Notes: generated by a model from the letters alone, not told the origin. Shown: positions 25,072-38,499, counted from the first letter of the stretch. The stretch is 64,000 bases of DNA from Dicyema japonicum (GCA_011109175.1 RDEW01000004.1:1697355-1761354); one strand, 5' to 3'. Numbers and translations are program-made.

Positions 25072-27560
25072 TTAAGGCATCTGAATGGCCATGCTATTTC
25101 CCCTAACAATAGCCAACGAGATACGTTCTCGGAACCAACCAGTCTCTCGCGGATCCTTGGTCACAGCTTGAATCATGGAGCCGATCTTACGAACCAACTC
25201 ATCTGCTTGGGGGCCAAGGATTCCTGACGTTTCAACCGCGAATGGAACAAATATATACTCCTCCGAAATTCTCTGGTACTTCCTCCTCTTTCGTTCCTCG
25301 GCCTGCTTCGAAGCATGTCCTGGGTCTGAAGCAGAAGCAACCAAATTAGACGGGGAATAAGTATCAACACACGTCGCGTCCCAGATCAGGTTTCGTCCGT
25401 TGGCGAATGGAAAAGTCGTCATCCCATCAGGGCGTTTTCCATCGTTTCGGAAAGACCAGCAGGTTCTAACAGGCAATGGTGTCCAGCAGAGGCAAGGGAA
25501 TTCTTTAATGTCATGTTAAGACAGGAGTGCCTGGGGAAACGACCCGCACTCATCTTGCATGACAAGGGATGATAACCAAAAGGATCGATCCAACGTCCAC
25601 AGCGGCATTTTCTTTCGGCACACAATTTAAGACCAAGACGAAGCGAGGTAGCTATTCTCACAGCCTCATCATCCAACAGGTTTCCAATTTCGGCAGATGG
25701 AAAAGCGTTCATCCAGGCCCCCGTCGAGTGACAACTGGCTGTTTTGAGGCAGCAAGCCTTCTTACATCTTCCGTCTTTTCAAGGGACTCTTTCTTCTTTT
25801 CGAAGACACAAAACAAATAGGACTTTTGCTTATCACAATTGGCCGGAGCATTCAGGTACAAATTCATCCATTCATCCCAGGCTCCCGACGGCGTCAGCGG
25901 TACGTTTAGTCCGGAAGTAGAGTGAAGGACCGTATCCACTAAACGCCTTGACGAGCCGAACGAAGATAAATAGGCGCCCAAAGCAACGTCCGAAGGAAGA
26001 GAAAGACCCAAACCACCGCAGGCTACAGGGAGTGAGGCCTGTAACCATCCGAAATCATCAAAACAAACATTAAGAATGGACCCCATCGTTGACCGGATAT
26101 CCATATCAATTAACGATAGAAGGTCTTTTTCGGCGTAGCATGGGGATCCCCGTAGAATAAAAAGGAGTTTTGGGAGAAGGAGACAATTCTTCAGCATAAA
26201 AAAGGCGACATGACGGTCCAAAAAACTCATCCTGTCGGCATATGACGTAAATTAGTCCTCTTGCCTTCCAATAACTCCCTCACCCGGTTTACCAAAATCC
26301 CACACCCAAGGAAGTCGAGAGAATCAATATGAGTCTCCCTAACCCCTGGGATGATTCGCAGAGTTTTCTATGAAAAAGGTAGAATGAATCGGAACTCAAA
26401 TTCAGATTAATTGCTTCGCACTTTTCATTGTTAAATTCCAGACCGATTTTTCCACACAAACTCTGATCGATGCAACTTTGGAGAGAATATCATCGGGACT
26501 TCCACCGAGAATACAATCGTCCAGATACCAGACGTTAGTGGAGTGCAACGGTCCTGGGCAATATGGTCGATAGACAAGGAAAATAGAAGAGGACCGAGTG
26601 GGTCCCCCTGTTGAACTCCGGATCCGGACGAAATAATTCCACTGCCAAAAACAAGAGGGGATGGATCCGAATACGCGAGATATACAAAGGGATAAATCTG
26701 AGGAATCCTCCTCCTACAGGTATCAAGGACGGTGTCCCTTCTGACTGAATTGAAGGCATTCCGGAGGTCCAATTTGAATAAAACTCTGTCCTCAACATTC
26801 AATTCAGCTGATTGTGACGCAAATTCTCTCACTGCGTGGATCCCAGCTTCACAGCCGCCATTGATTCCGACACCAAGCTGCGAAGGACAAAATTCGGCTG
26901 AAATTCGGGAGATAACAAAACGACAAGCCATTTTTGCGGATAAACGTCGAAATACGTTTCCAATTGCAATGGGGCGAATACCACCATCTTTCTTTCCAAG
27001 GCCCGTTAGATTCGCCGAAAAGAGGAGATTCCGACCAAAATCGGAAACGTTTCCGGAAAGCATGCGAGCTACGAGATCCCGGGTTCGCTCCAAGAGTAGC
27101 GATCCAGGCCTACCGACAGAATGGGACACCAAGTCTGACAGATGGCCAGGTTTGAGACCGTCAACTCCTCCACTGCTACTTCTTCGGAAAGAACAAAGAG
27201 CGTTGTAAATGGCTGAAGTGGAAATATCATGCATAGATTGTTCTGGACGAACAGGTTTACAAAAGTCTTCTGGTTCAGGAGGATGTTTCTGTCCCAATAT
27301 ACAGAGTGTCTCCTGAGTAGCTTTCACAGGGTCAGAATCCGTACAAACAGTTCGAACTGCAGCAGTAAGATCGCCCTCCATCAATTTCCTCCTGACACGA
27401 GAGCGAAGCCTCTCAGGAGCCATACTGGATTGCGTGGAATTGGACTTTGGGAAGTAATCAACTGGTGAAACAAATAATTCTTCAGCCAGGGACTCCCATG
27501 AATCCATAAAGGCACTCACGCGTTTCTTCAGGACATGGGATAGAGAGGGTTTCCGAGAAG
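25072..27560 (-). mobile_element. CRE-like RLE non-LTR retrotransposon, 5'-truncated, a few frameshifts (youngest CRE copy in the window)
   Basis: RT motifs SSGGVDGLKPGHL, GGIRPIAIGNVFRRL, QLGVG, KLDLRNAFNSV, GVQQGDPLGPLLF, and WYLDD after a frameshift. CRCG...H..SC zinc knuckle. RLE motifs DGKRPDGMT and PFAVETSG...AIVRGN up to the stop at 25072. Confidence 0.92.
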
Positions 27561-28025
27561 AATTTTAAATATTATTTATTATAATAAATTAAATTATTAT
27601 ACTCCTTCTTCTTGATGTTTTTTTTGGGTTATTAAATATTCACCTCAGTCTCGTCTATCGTTTGGTGGAGCACATGAAGAACCAATAAAGCATCAGATAT
27701 GCAAAATCTAAATAAATAAAATACAACAAAAGTTACAATAGCGTTTCAAGAACATTGATCTCGAGATATTGATGGAATAATTCTCATTTGTCTTTTTGAG
27801 ATTTCTATCATTCGCCCTTGAAACCTCAGGAGCGGGCTGGGAGAATGGGTAAAAGAGGTCGTCAACAAAACCTAGAGACCTTCGTGACCAGAGATTGTGT
27901 TGCAGGGTATGGCCATTGTCTTTGCCTGTTGAAGTATGAGTTTTTTAGCATTGTCCTTGGTTCTGTTTTTTAAATAGAATACATTCTCATTCTATTCAGG
28001 TAATTTTTTAGTGTGACAAATTTAT

Positions 28026-28780
28026 TTACACAACAAAATAATCAAAATAAAATAATTTGCTGACAACTGCCAAAGAAATCCTCTGGTACAGCCAATCGGT
28101 TCCCCGACGCTCGTCACTCACTTTCGATTTCAGACCCAAGCGATCTATAAATGAGACCGTCTTGGGCCAGAAGACTCCGCTCGTTTCGACGGCAATGAGA
28201 TGTACAAAAATCTGGTGAAAAGGCTGTCTTATTTTTTTATTTTGGAATTCTCGAATGTTCAAGCAGCCTCCAAGTTTTCAACGTGGAGTCTGAAAGTCTC
28301 GACTGGGAAAAGGTGTCTATGAAAGCCACATCCCAAATCAAAGCATTTCACCTGAGAGAAATGGAACACAGTTATACCTTCTAGGCACTTTCCATCTCCA
28401 CGATTTAGGCCCACCGGTTCCAGAGTTTCCGGAATCCAGTCGCCTAAGAGAGCGCCTAACGACATCGTTAATAGCGGCATACCTCGGGAACAGACCACTG
28501 CTGCGTCGGCAAGAAAACGGGTGAAACCCTTTGCAGTTCACAACAACACGGATGAGGCTGGCACAGGTCGACCTCGAGACGAAGGAAACGCCAATTCGAA
28601 GGGCATCCTGATCCAGAAGGGAACCAATTGAAGATGATAAAAACGCGTTCAGCAAAGCCCTGCTGAAGGTAGAAGAGGCTGACAGAATACAAGCCCGACG
28701 GTGCAAGTTATTCGTTTCTAAAAAAGACGATTGAGTAGTCTTGTGTGTAATGTTGGTCCAGTTCCTCAATTTGTGTGGAT
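28026..28780 (-). mobile_element. CRE-like element 3' remnant
   Basis: ORFs give DQDALRIGVS, SSGLFPRYAAINDVV, LEPVGLNRGDGKCLEGIT and IAVETSGVFWP...QRISLAVV. Confidence 0.8.
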
Positions 28781-28879
28781 CAAAGGGGGTTTCTTCAAAA
28801 ATCCGCCGACTAACTTTTCAAACCTGCGCAATTTTATTACCAATTTTTGTCCAATAATTGTGATTTTTGATTAAAAAAC

Positions 28880-29450
28880 TAAAGAATTCGGCCTTCACTC
28901 ATGCAGTTGATGCTCGTTCGGTTGGTACTCAATTGGAGTTGTTCTTTGGCTAGGCCTTGCTTGGTGTCTGCTTGGAACACCGATGCAAATGCGATGGAAC
29001 GCTTGACATGAAAAGTCTACATCCGCTGTAATACATGCGAAGTGTCGGGAGATATCCTCCAGGTAAAACTTGACTGTCATGAGAGTAATATAAGACACGG
29101 GGTTTGCATGCTTTCTGGAACTCTTTAAACTTGTCGAAATGATGGAAAGAAAGTCGCGTGGCATATATACCAAGCCATGAAGTCAAGGAGGTGTCTTGCA
29201 TAAAGGCGTATCTGCTCAGGTTCTACAGCAAGTACTATAAAGATTTTCAAAACTAGGAAATTGGGGATCGGTTCGCCTTTCAGTCATCTCTTTCGAGACG
29301 TCTGGTATGTTTACCCCAGCACGTCAAAGTTTATCATATTAATGAGCGGAATTGCAGAAGTGCGGAAGAGAGAGTCTAATAACATGATGGCCCTTCTTGA
29401 ATATTGGACTCGCGATCATTAGGCAGTATCTCCCATTACGTCCTCAATGC
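28880..29450 (+). mobile_element. CRE-like element 3' remnant (opposite orientation to 28026-28780)
   Basis: Broken frames give IGVVLWLGL..EHRCKC, SVGRYPP and ISFETSGM. Confidence 0.6.
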
Positions 29451-30539
29451 CATAATTGAATTTTTCTTTAAAAATTGACTTTTATAGTCTTGACTGGGAA
29501 AGGTGTCCATGACTTTATAGTCTATAGCCGCTTAACTTATTACGGGTTGTCTTGAATTAGGCTCAAGGTTATTGATTTAACTTATTTATCAACGAGAAGG
29601 GTTATGGCTAAGACAAAAGATCGGAATAGCCATACTCCGAGGGAACTCGTTCGCAATCCACGCAGCAGGCTTCCTCAACTGACATTTGTTTAATTGTTAA
29701 AAAAAAATTGTTAATAAAAAAAAAAATTTAAAGTCTCTTGTAGACAATTTGCTCCATTATTTTTAGTAGCTAACATTTGGGCTTATCCGTCTATAATCAA
29801 AACGTTCTTCTTAATTTTCCCTGTGTAAATACCATTCTGATGGTTAACAGCTTCCTGTGGAATATAGGAATAATGTCTCAATCCAGTCTTGGGCTAGTGT
29901 CGACTCACAGTATGTATACTCCACTCAGTTTTCTATTGCTCTATTACTAAAGCACTTTCTGAGAGCTACAATACTAATAGCTACTCATGCAGCAAAAGAT
30001 AACATTCTGAATGTCGACCTCCACGCACTTCTATTGTTAGGGATCTAATGAGTATAGGTATGGTAATCTTCTCGATCCGCCATTCAATCCATCATAGTAC
30101 TAGTTTTTAGTGTTCTTAAATCCCTCATTTAAGGTTCACAGAAATTGGAAGCGATCTTTTATTATGGACTAACATGAAATCCAAAAGTTTTATGTTGTGT
30201 AGCATTATAGAAGTTATGCTAAATGACAATATTGGAGAAAAACCTATGGTGTGGTTAAAAGAATTAGTAAAGGAGTCGTCAATGAATCGGAAATAGTTTT
30301 CACAAGATATTTGATATTTTGGATCTATTAAACGCTAGCTACTTGTTCAAAGGTCTCTTTTTTTTTTTGTTCCTTTTCTTCCATTGCTCTACTTGATGAC
30401 ATCATTTGATCAATTACACAGTGCCGGAGTGACGCTAAAAAGATCATTTACTTTCCCCCACTCTAGTGGAAAGGTTCCATAAGTGAAAGGATTGGACATT
30501 TATTTCATTCCGCTGATGTTGGATTCCCTCTGTTATGAT

Positions 30540-30960
30540 GAAGAATATTTTCTATCTTCTCTTGTCTGTGAAATTAGGTAAGTCATTTTAAATATACATT
30601 TAGATGATTATGGATGACTTCAAAGAACTCCTCCCATTGGTTTCAGTGGGATGGACCGTACTGTGCCTTCAGTCACCTCATTGGCTGCACATTTTTCTCA
30701 TTCAGTTCACCAAAAAATTTATGGATACAGTCCTTAACTCTTATCCGGGTCTGAATGTATCTATGTCACTATCAGAGGCTATGGGAGTGTGGAAGGACTT
30801 ATCCCTCAATGATCCGGATGACCGCACTAATCAGATATCATATTTAAGGTGTGATTATGATATGAGATGCAAGAAGACTTGTCTTCCTCAAAAAGACTGA
30901 CTGTCATTCAACGGATTCTTGGTTGAATGCTGAAATTGGAAATCCGCTGAATGATACAGT
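30540..30960 (+). mobile_element. CRE-like internal remnant
   Basis: EIR*VILNIHLDDYG*LQRTPPIG is similar to DIRSTMGSILNVCFDDFGWLQASLP of the 25.7-26.2 kb copy. Confidence 0.55.
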
Positions 30961-31044
30961 GAGAATAGCCGCCTCACTCCATCTGTGCCTTTAAGTTTGT
31001 ACTGAATAAATAAGTCGCTGTATACGTTAGATCGAACCAGTCTT

Positions 31045-31310
31045 ACTCCGGGTGGCACAGTGGTTAGGTGTCGCGCTAAGTGGCTTAGGTCACGGGTTCG
31101 ATTCTCGCTGCTGTTCACCTGGTGGAAGGTTCCACGCATCTACGGTGCTAAAAGGGCTTGACGAGTTTCGCCGTCATCATGGAGATTCACTGCGGAACTG
31201 GATAGTCTAAAAGGGCATACACTCAAGAAAGAGAAAAAAAGAAGTGAAAAGCATTCTTTGGTTCTCCCTCTACGATTAGTTATAATAACTGTTTTTTACT
31301 TAAATAAATT
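31045..31310 (+). repeat. tRNA-derived SINE with the best-preserved Pol III promoter
   Basis: A box TGGCACAGTGG (31053-63) and B box GGTTCGATTCT (31095-105). D arm GCAC/GTGT and T arm CGGG/CTCG can pair, with no acceptor stem. Followed by core 'tggaaggttccac' and the tail shared with 4400-4530. Confidence 0.8.
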
Positions 31311-31399
31311 GTGTGTTCTGCATGAGCGAAACCCTAAGCATTTTACGTGCTTACGGTAACGCGGAAGTGCTTACTTTTTTAGACGTCAGGAATTCGTAA

Positions 31400-31830
31400 G
31401 AGAATTCAATCTGTCTGATCGGCTCAATGTCCAAAGAGTCTAAATGAGACTCGATGCTTCAAGAGCGGCAAAAGAAATGTCGGGTGAAGTAGGGAGTCGC
31501 CTCGACAGGAAGGGGTCCTTGTGTGTTTGCTATGAATGTTCAGGTCGTCAAAACTGTCGGATATGAGGGCTTTCCGTTGATCCAGTTGTTGGTTAGCATA
31601 CCATTGAGATCTCATTGCATTTAGGAATCGCTGGAGTTCGGGGCAGTAATCGCTGCGATATATACATATTAACAACTGTCAATCGGAGAGAGGGTAAACG
31701 GATTTTAGAGTTAGTTGTTCCAGTGTGTCGTTCTGAGGAAGGGTCCGAGATGTTATCCAAAATATTGCTGGCCAGTATATGGTTCCTGATTAGTGTAATG
31801 ACGCCTTTACCTCTTCTATGACTTCTCCCA
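31400..31830 (-). mobile_element. LINE APE endonuclease remnant
   Basis: RRGKGVITLIRNHI...LRLTVVNMY and SFDDLNIH resemble the APE RGGGV / NxY / GDFNxH motifs. Confidence 0.6.
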
Positions 31831-32469
31831 CGTCCGAAAACTAAGTATCCTGGAATGTTGGGGGTGGGCCGCTGTGGGTTTAGTTTCGTTTCTTAGAAAA
31901 TAACTATATCCACTATTTTAAGAGAAAGTGTTTTAGTTCGGTAATTTTCATCCGGATACCTTGAATGTTAACTTGTGAATATAGTCAGTAAGGGTCCATC
32001 ACGGAGCCATTGTATTAAGTACTACTGTTGATCAGCATTAAATCAAACGTTGGTGTAAGTACAGAAATTGGGCTTAAAGATCGATATTATAGCCGGGACT
32101 AAGAATATCGTAATAGACTCATCTATGGGCAACAAAATCTACAAAAAGGTATATTAGTGACAAGTCCTGTTTGAAGGAGTACTTTGAATTCAGGACATGT
32201 GAACAATTCATGTGTGTTGTTACTCTAATATATAGAGAAAACCAAATTTAGTGCTGCAATCCATAAGTGAATTTGAAAAAGTACTAAATGCTACTTGGGA
32301 ATTTGAGAAAGAGCATAAATATTATTATTTAACGCCGAAAAGGGGAACACAAGAAAGAACGAGTTAGACCATTAAATAAGTGATCCAGGTAGACCTCAAC
32401 ATGATCGAAGGGTTTCTGCTGTCCTCCATAATACCAAAGCAAAATAATTAAATTATTTAAAAAATTAAC

Positions 32470-32770
32470 AGTAATTATATTATTATTAACCCCAAACTTA
32501 CCATTGTAAGCCCAGCACAATCAGTCATAACTATCTAATCCAAGGAAGGAACCAAAGGGAGAACATCTGCTTGTGCCGACCAAATACATCTTCCAATACT
32601 TCATTATAGGCTTCCGCTTCTGAAGAGAGGTGGAGAAGTAGGTCCGCCCTCTTCAATTTTTGTCCCACGTCCTACCGTGGCGAACATCACTTTATTCTTT
32701 AGCGGAATAGTTTTCATAATGCAATCTTCATCAGAGGGTTTGGTCAGGGAGAAAAAGAGGAACAACTTAG
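32470..32770 (-). repeat. Family B repeat, copy 3 (intact CUGAUGA...GAAA hammerhead-like core)
   Basis: Minus strand reads 'ctccctgaccaaaccctctgatgaagattgcattatgaaaactattccgc...ggtcggcacaagcagatgttctccc...gggttaataataat'. Confidence 0.8.
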
Positions 32771-33049
32771 CTGGAATAACTCCCAAAGAAAACTTAACCA
32801 CTCCTTGGATGAGTCATCCAACAGTCTACAAGATTGTTGTCACATTAAAAAACAGGGATAATTATACCTTATCCAAGAGAGAGAGACCGAAGGTCAAAAA
32901 TTCCTCCGGAAATTGCGCAAAAATTACACAAATATGTTAAAAAATATAGCATGTTCTATCCCAATATTTTGTTTGGCAAACATCCATCTTCCCTTCACAA
33001 TCTGCGAAACGTCATATTACTTCCAGAATGGGCTCTTCATTGCCTTGAG

Positions 33050-34160
33050 CGATCAAGTACTTTTGGCAATTCGGAATTTGCCATAGGCAAGATGCGGACT
33101 GGATGAAACAAAACCCGGCCATTTAAAAAGCTGGCGATCTATTCGCTTGAGATCGGATGTCTGTCTTATATTCTCTATAAAATTCTTATATGAATCAAAT
33201 TCTATTGGGAGGTCAGACTGAGACAATTTTCACGCTCTGATTGCCTTTGATAAAAAACGAATGCTGTCGACTTTTTCTTAGATGGATAACCGCCAAGATC
33301 TTAGTGAAGGATGTCACGTGTAGGGTACGCTTACAGTTACAGACATGCGTTTGCTAAGCATGCATTACGGGATGGCCATCCATCTCCTGGATAAATAATA
33401 TAAAGATCGAAGATACAAGAAAAGTACTTTAGAGAATCAAGTGACTGACTCCTAGAGAGAAATGCTCCCCAACAACTTCTCTGGATAACCTAATTCGTTA
33501 GAACCGAGGAGTCCAGTTCGGGCTCAAGGAAAGAACATAAAGTCACTGCTGCGTGATTGTGGTGGCAGAGGTTAAGTCCGCCATCTCTACTCTCACAGGA
33601 CTTAGACTTCACATAAGACACTATTGGATGACGACTTGAGGTTTGCGTCCGCATTGAAGTAGATGTCTGCGTTACACATTGATGTAGATGTGAAATAATG
33701 GTCGACGTTAAAGACCTTCACGCTTTCTCATACGGGAGGAATGCTAGAAGGAGCCCAAGACAAGTGATCCTAATCTAATCATAGTGATCCAAAGTGGAAG
33801 CGGCCGGATTCACTGTACAGTTGGGGCCTCTTGGACTGCAAATAAAAGACCTGACAACTCTCTTTTAACGGGTAAGTGGTAAATACCTCGCCTGAAACGT
33901 CACCTGTCGGATAGCCTTTCTCCCTCTAACATTGCTATGACAGGAACTTACCCAGGATCAGCCTTGGAAAAGGCTGAGACCCAAAAATGAAGAAATACGT
34001 ATGTCTCTCTGAACAGTTCGTTTTTGAACCAGTCGCCATGGAAACATCAGGACTCATAGGTAGCATATCACTGACCCTGAAGAATCTGATCGCTTATAGC
34101 GAGGAGGAAAATGATAAATGGAAAGGATTACTAAGGTGGTCTAAAATACGACGGCACTGT
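33050..34160 (+). mobile_element. CRE-like remnant (RT and RLE pieces, heavily deleted)
   Basis: CGLDETKPGHLK, LIAFDKK, and KKYVCLSEQFVFEPVAMETSGLIG. Confidence 0.65.
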
Positions 34161-34799
34161 CAGATATGACTGATCATTGTGGAGGGTTACCTACAAATAT
34201 GGTTCTTGATAGATTTGTCTCTTGAATATATGGCCATGTGAATATGATTATTAATTTTCAACCATTTTCTGGTGCATTATTAGCAATATAGAATCATATT
34301 AGCTGTCATTATATAAGTGTAGCTTCTGATAGTCTGCCTTAATGTTTGGCTGACGAGATTCGAAGCAGGATCATACGTGGATCAGACGCTTCCTTTGTTC
34401 ATAACGTTTTGAGATCCCCTAAGTCCGACACTTTGTCCACACTCACAAAAAGAAGTAAGAGATGGGGCTTTGTCCATCATGAAACTAACCAAACATTTCG
34501 TGCATTGAAGTACATCACTACTTGGACGTTAATAACAAATGATTCTTACTATTACCACTAGTTTGGTCAAATTATATATATTAATTTGATAAATTTAATC
34601 AAAAAAATTTTTTGATTTTTTTCTAAGTCCACTAGTGTAACGCGTAGCGCCTGTGACATATTAATAGGAAATGTTCTTGCAAACAGGATTTACAGCTCAC
34701 TTTGTTAAAGTTAATTTTCGAATTCTTTAAGTCGAAACCAGTTAACCCTTAATTGGATGAAAATATTGTTGCAGCATTTTGGATTTTTCCAATAATTTT

Positions 34800-35190
34800 T
34801 GATTACCCTCGCTAATGGCCTCTAACAGCCTTGTCAAAAGGATTCTACATTCCTTCCCAGAATTCTCTATTGACCAGGACGCCGACCATACTCGTGATGC
34901 TTAGGGTCATACTTATCAGCTTTCCCTACCTTCACTTTCTCTCAGCGGGGTATGGACGATGCTGTATGCCGGAATTCTTTTGAATATTTGTTAGTGTCAT
35001 CTAGCCAACATCGCCGTGTATGCTGTCGGGGACGTCTTTCGAGACCGGTGTCTAACCAACGCCATTACTAATGGAGTTTTGGGTACTTTTCTGAAAAATG
35101 AATGCGTTCGTATTGGGATCTCATTACGACTGGGGTTAAAAATCTCTGTTCCACATCCGTGCCGATGCGGAGACCAGATCGACTGATTTG
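34800..35190 (+). mobile_element. CRE-like remnant
   Basis: Nucleotide match to 12050-12210 ('tcatctagccaac..cgccgtg', 'gagaccgg'). Broken frames give RIGISLRLGLKISVPHPCRCGDQID. Confidence 0.7.
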
Positions 35191-35299
35191 GCGACGCTGG
35201 AATTCTGAGTCGTCTAGGGAATTGAGTTTCTACACGATCGGGACACTCCTGTCAGCGCAGGTAGGTATTTGAGCTAATCTCGCTCGCATCCTGGGAGGG

Positions 35300-36230
35300 A
35301 ATAGCCAGGCACAATACGCCTAGCACTCAAGCGCCTCAACCGTGGCACTACGTCATAACAAGGAGAACGTCAATTTTTGCATGAATAGTTAGTTAAGTGC
35401 TTTTTCACGTAGTCCTAAAAGGGTTTCGCCTGAGGCGTGTTTTGCACCCATCCTCTCCCACGTCATCTTGTTCCTGGACATCATTTGAACATCATCCAGA
35501 TCTCTGCTATCATCAATTTACGACCTGTTGTTTCATAATCATCTTTAAGCAAATTAGAAGTGTATTTCTTGGTCTGCCTCGAACTCCGTTACTTCCGCGC
35601 TGTATAAATATTCTTCCATTATTTTGTTACTTTGTAGTCGGATTCAGTCTAAGAATATTTCCAAATAGTTGCCACCTCGATAAAACAACGTCCAAGCTAA
35701 TTGGTCTAGATTTACATAGAGTATATAGTTTCTCGTTTTAGATTTTTCTCGGCCAGAAGATTCCAGTCAATATACGAGGTTGGCTTTGTGAAAAGTATTT
35801 AGCTCTCTAAATTGTTTTTCGAATTTCTCCATGTTCCTAAATTGTATAGCAATATTGGCTTACAGACGTATAGTTTGACACGAGGTTTCATGATACATGC
35901 TTCTTTCTTATCCAGATGTTCTACATTTTTTGAAGTATATGGTACCCAGCATTTTCCTTCAACATATATCCTCGGCATCAGCTAGTAGTGAGCCAGTTTT
36001 TTGTATCTCTCCAACATTCATAGTTTCTTGCTCTTTCGATTGGTATAATCAGTTTTTTAATGTTCATGCGCAGATCCAAATAAGTTTTGCTTGAAGTAAA
36101 ACTTTTTCAAGTGTTTCCTTGTCTGTGCACCATCCACATATAGTAACTTGATTATGTCCTAGATATTTGTGACCCATATCTTTCCTCAGCTCCCTGAGGG
36201 TAGCTTCGAGGTATATGATTAATAGTACTC
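35300..36230 (-). mobile_element. RTE-like LINE 3' portion, degraded
   Basis: Minus frames give SRWQLFGNILRL, RGRPRNTL and MMSRNKMTWE (C-terminal FGHILR / GRP / W motifs). Confidence 0.65.
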
Positions 36231-36611
36231 ACAAAGTATATTGGTAGATAAAAATTCAAAAAATTATTAAATAAAAAATAAAATTATTCGTAAGCCAAGA
36301 AAAATTAAATATTTAAATTTTAACCCGGGAAAGAATAAGGAATTTGGCGGAGCGCATCGGGATCATGTGATAGTTAGTTTTGGTTTTACCGTGGTCTTGG
36401 GTGTTGAATAAATAACTACAAAAATTATAATATATTGATATTGTTGCAGCAAAATGGCGGTCATAAACTAACAAGAACCAAAAAAATTTTTGACTGATCA
36501 TTTTTATTGTTATTAAAAAATGTTAAAAGAGCACTTAATTTATGGAGGTTGAATGGCAATTCTGATTCATCTGACGATAGCTATCGAGATACGCTCTCGA
36601 CGTCTGACGTG

Positions 36612-37702
36612 GACAAAAGTCGCAGACATCTTCCACGAGGCGGAATATCACAAACGGTATTCTTGACGTTGCTGAGGATCCATTCGACGAAATAACACTG
36701 TTCATATTTTATATGTTGAGTATATGCTCATCCACCTTTTTCGTGGACATTCTTCCTCATAAAATAGCAACAGTGAGATAATCCAAGGCGAGGATCACAA
36801 ACAGCCATCATGTTCTTGGCATCAAACATTAACTGGATCAGCTAGGGAACAGTAAGTGATCTGTAATTCTGAGAGCCATTAGATGTCAATGGAGCGAATC
36901 CAGGAATAAAGAAGTAGAGACGAGGGAATGGAACCACATTGACGGCCAGCTTTTAGAGATCAGCATTAAGCTAATCACGTCATAATCACTGAATACCTGT
37001 CAGGGAATCTTATACATGTAGTCACTCCAGACGTGGTGGCAGAGACCAGATAGTTGAATTCACCATATGTAGGAATAGTCATCTTGAGGGTCTGAAGCAA
37101 ATATAGAGGGCTCATTGTAAATGGAGTAAGTCTGATAATTGTGCCCAATAAGCTGATGCATTGAGAGTATGACATTGTAAGGCTCAACAGCTGAATCAGA
37201 GATCTATAAAATGGTTAATCCAATAAAACTCACCTTACGATAAGGAGCGGCCGAGAAGTTGTTCATAATTCGTCAGGAAACCCCTCTCTGACATGTCGAA
37301 TGATCAGAGAATCCATTCCTGATCCAGTGCCACCTGAATAAGGGAATTACTGATGGCAGTTACACCTCTCAGCCTCTTACAAATAAAATCCAAAACAGAG
37401 TCGGCCAACTGCTCCTTCTGTATTGTGTCCTTTTGCCCAGTTGTTTCAGGTTCCCGACTGTCCAAAAACGAAGTTGTCAGGTCGAAGATCTATCCAAATG
37501 GCTGAATCCATGGTTCCAGGCTCTAAGTCAACCAAAATAATCTGGGACCATACCTCCCGCCTATATTAAAACTTAATCTATTCTCAACTACTTGCAGTCC
37601 CGTAGAAATTTATTCTCTCCAACTGCAGACGTTTTTTCAATGCAAGGATGCAATTTTAGTCATGAGAACTTAAATTAAATTCAAATTAAAATGAAAGCTC
37701 AC
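36612..37702 (-). pseudogene. TUBB: Beta-tubulin pseudogene (unprocessed, intron-retaining, truncated at both ends)
   Basis: [124 protein letters not shown], with frameshifts and stops. GT-AG introns at 37561-37591 (31 nt), 37204-37233 (30 nt), 36971-36996 (26 nt) and probably 37669-37702 (34 nt). Confidence 0.95.
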
Positions 37703-37769
37703 GTAATTTATTAAGTTATAATAAAATTTTATTAATCTTCTCTTCTAAGACTATTCTCTATAGTGTGTT

Positions 37770-38450
37770 ACGTCGCTGCATAGCCCACATTCAAGAGACT
37801 ACCCTAGGTTGACATTCCCTGCCATCTTCCATCAACAGACATCAATACTCCATGCCTTCTCCTCAGCTTGCATACTCTCCAAAGTCTTTCTAACACTAGC
37901 GTCTGTATATAAGCTTTGACCCTCTCCTCCACCTTGAGGGCATCCAGGTGGCCTTTGAAGAATCTGGAGACAATTCCATCCCAAGTGATGACAACAGGGA
38001 TTATTTTCACCTTTGCGCGATGGATAATCTCAAGTTCGTTCCCAGTAGGTTATAATTGTGGAACTTTTCTACCTCGACCTGCTTGAGGCAGTTTTGCGAA
38101 GTGATCCCAATTTCAACAAGAGTAATCGTATTTTTTGTCTTATCATAAACGAAAATGTTTGGTTTGTTATTCGTTACAGCCGTATCCGTACTGATCGTCG
38201 TTTCCTGTGGCATTACTGTAACTCGTTTCCATTCATTGCACACAAATATTGTCCTCAAAAATCATCACCAAATAACTCTTCGCGTCACAAAAATATCATA
38301 TTCCGCGTCTCCAGATTTTTTTTCAGAATCTTTAACAGAATTTCCAAACACTTTTTGTGTGTTTCATTGCGATACTGGGAGTGCGTACGATGGTGAATGT
38401 AAACGACACCATTGCGTGGAACACTTAAGCAAGCATCACGGCTCAATTGA
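37770..38450 (-). mobile_element. R4/Dong-like RLE element 3' fragment (second family member)
   Basis: TDTAVTNNKPNIFVYDK..ITLVEIGITSQ...EKFHNYNLLG and IIPVVITWDGIVS parallel 18596-19120. Confidence 0.85.
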
Positions 38451-38499
38451 AAAATCCGAGAACTTCTAATCTTTACACAGTTCGCCTCTTAATGGAGTT

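Noticed and set aside
26732-27208. 158-aa plus-strand ORF and similar medium ORFs (for example 60054-60611, 13151-13468, 17957-18235)
   Set aside because: They are antisense shadows of GC-richer retrotransposon ORFs, with no independent coding features.
31050-31110. Possible functional tRNA gene
   Set aside because: D and T arms fold, but there is no acceptor stem or clear anticodon arm, and it continues into SINE core and tail sequence.
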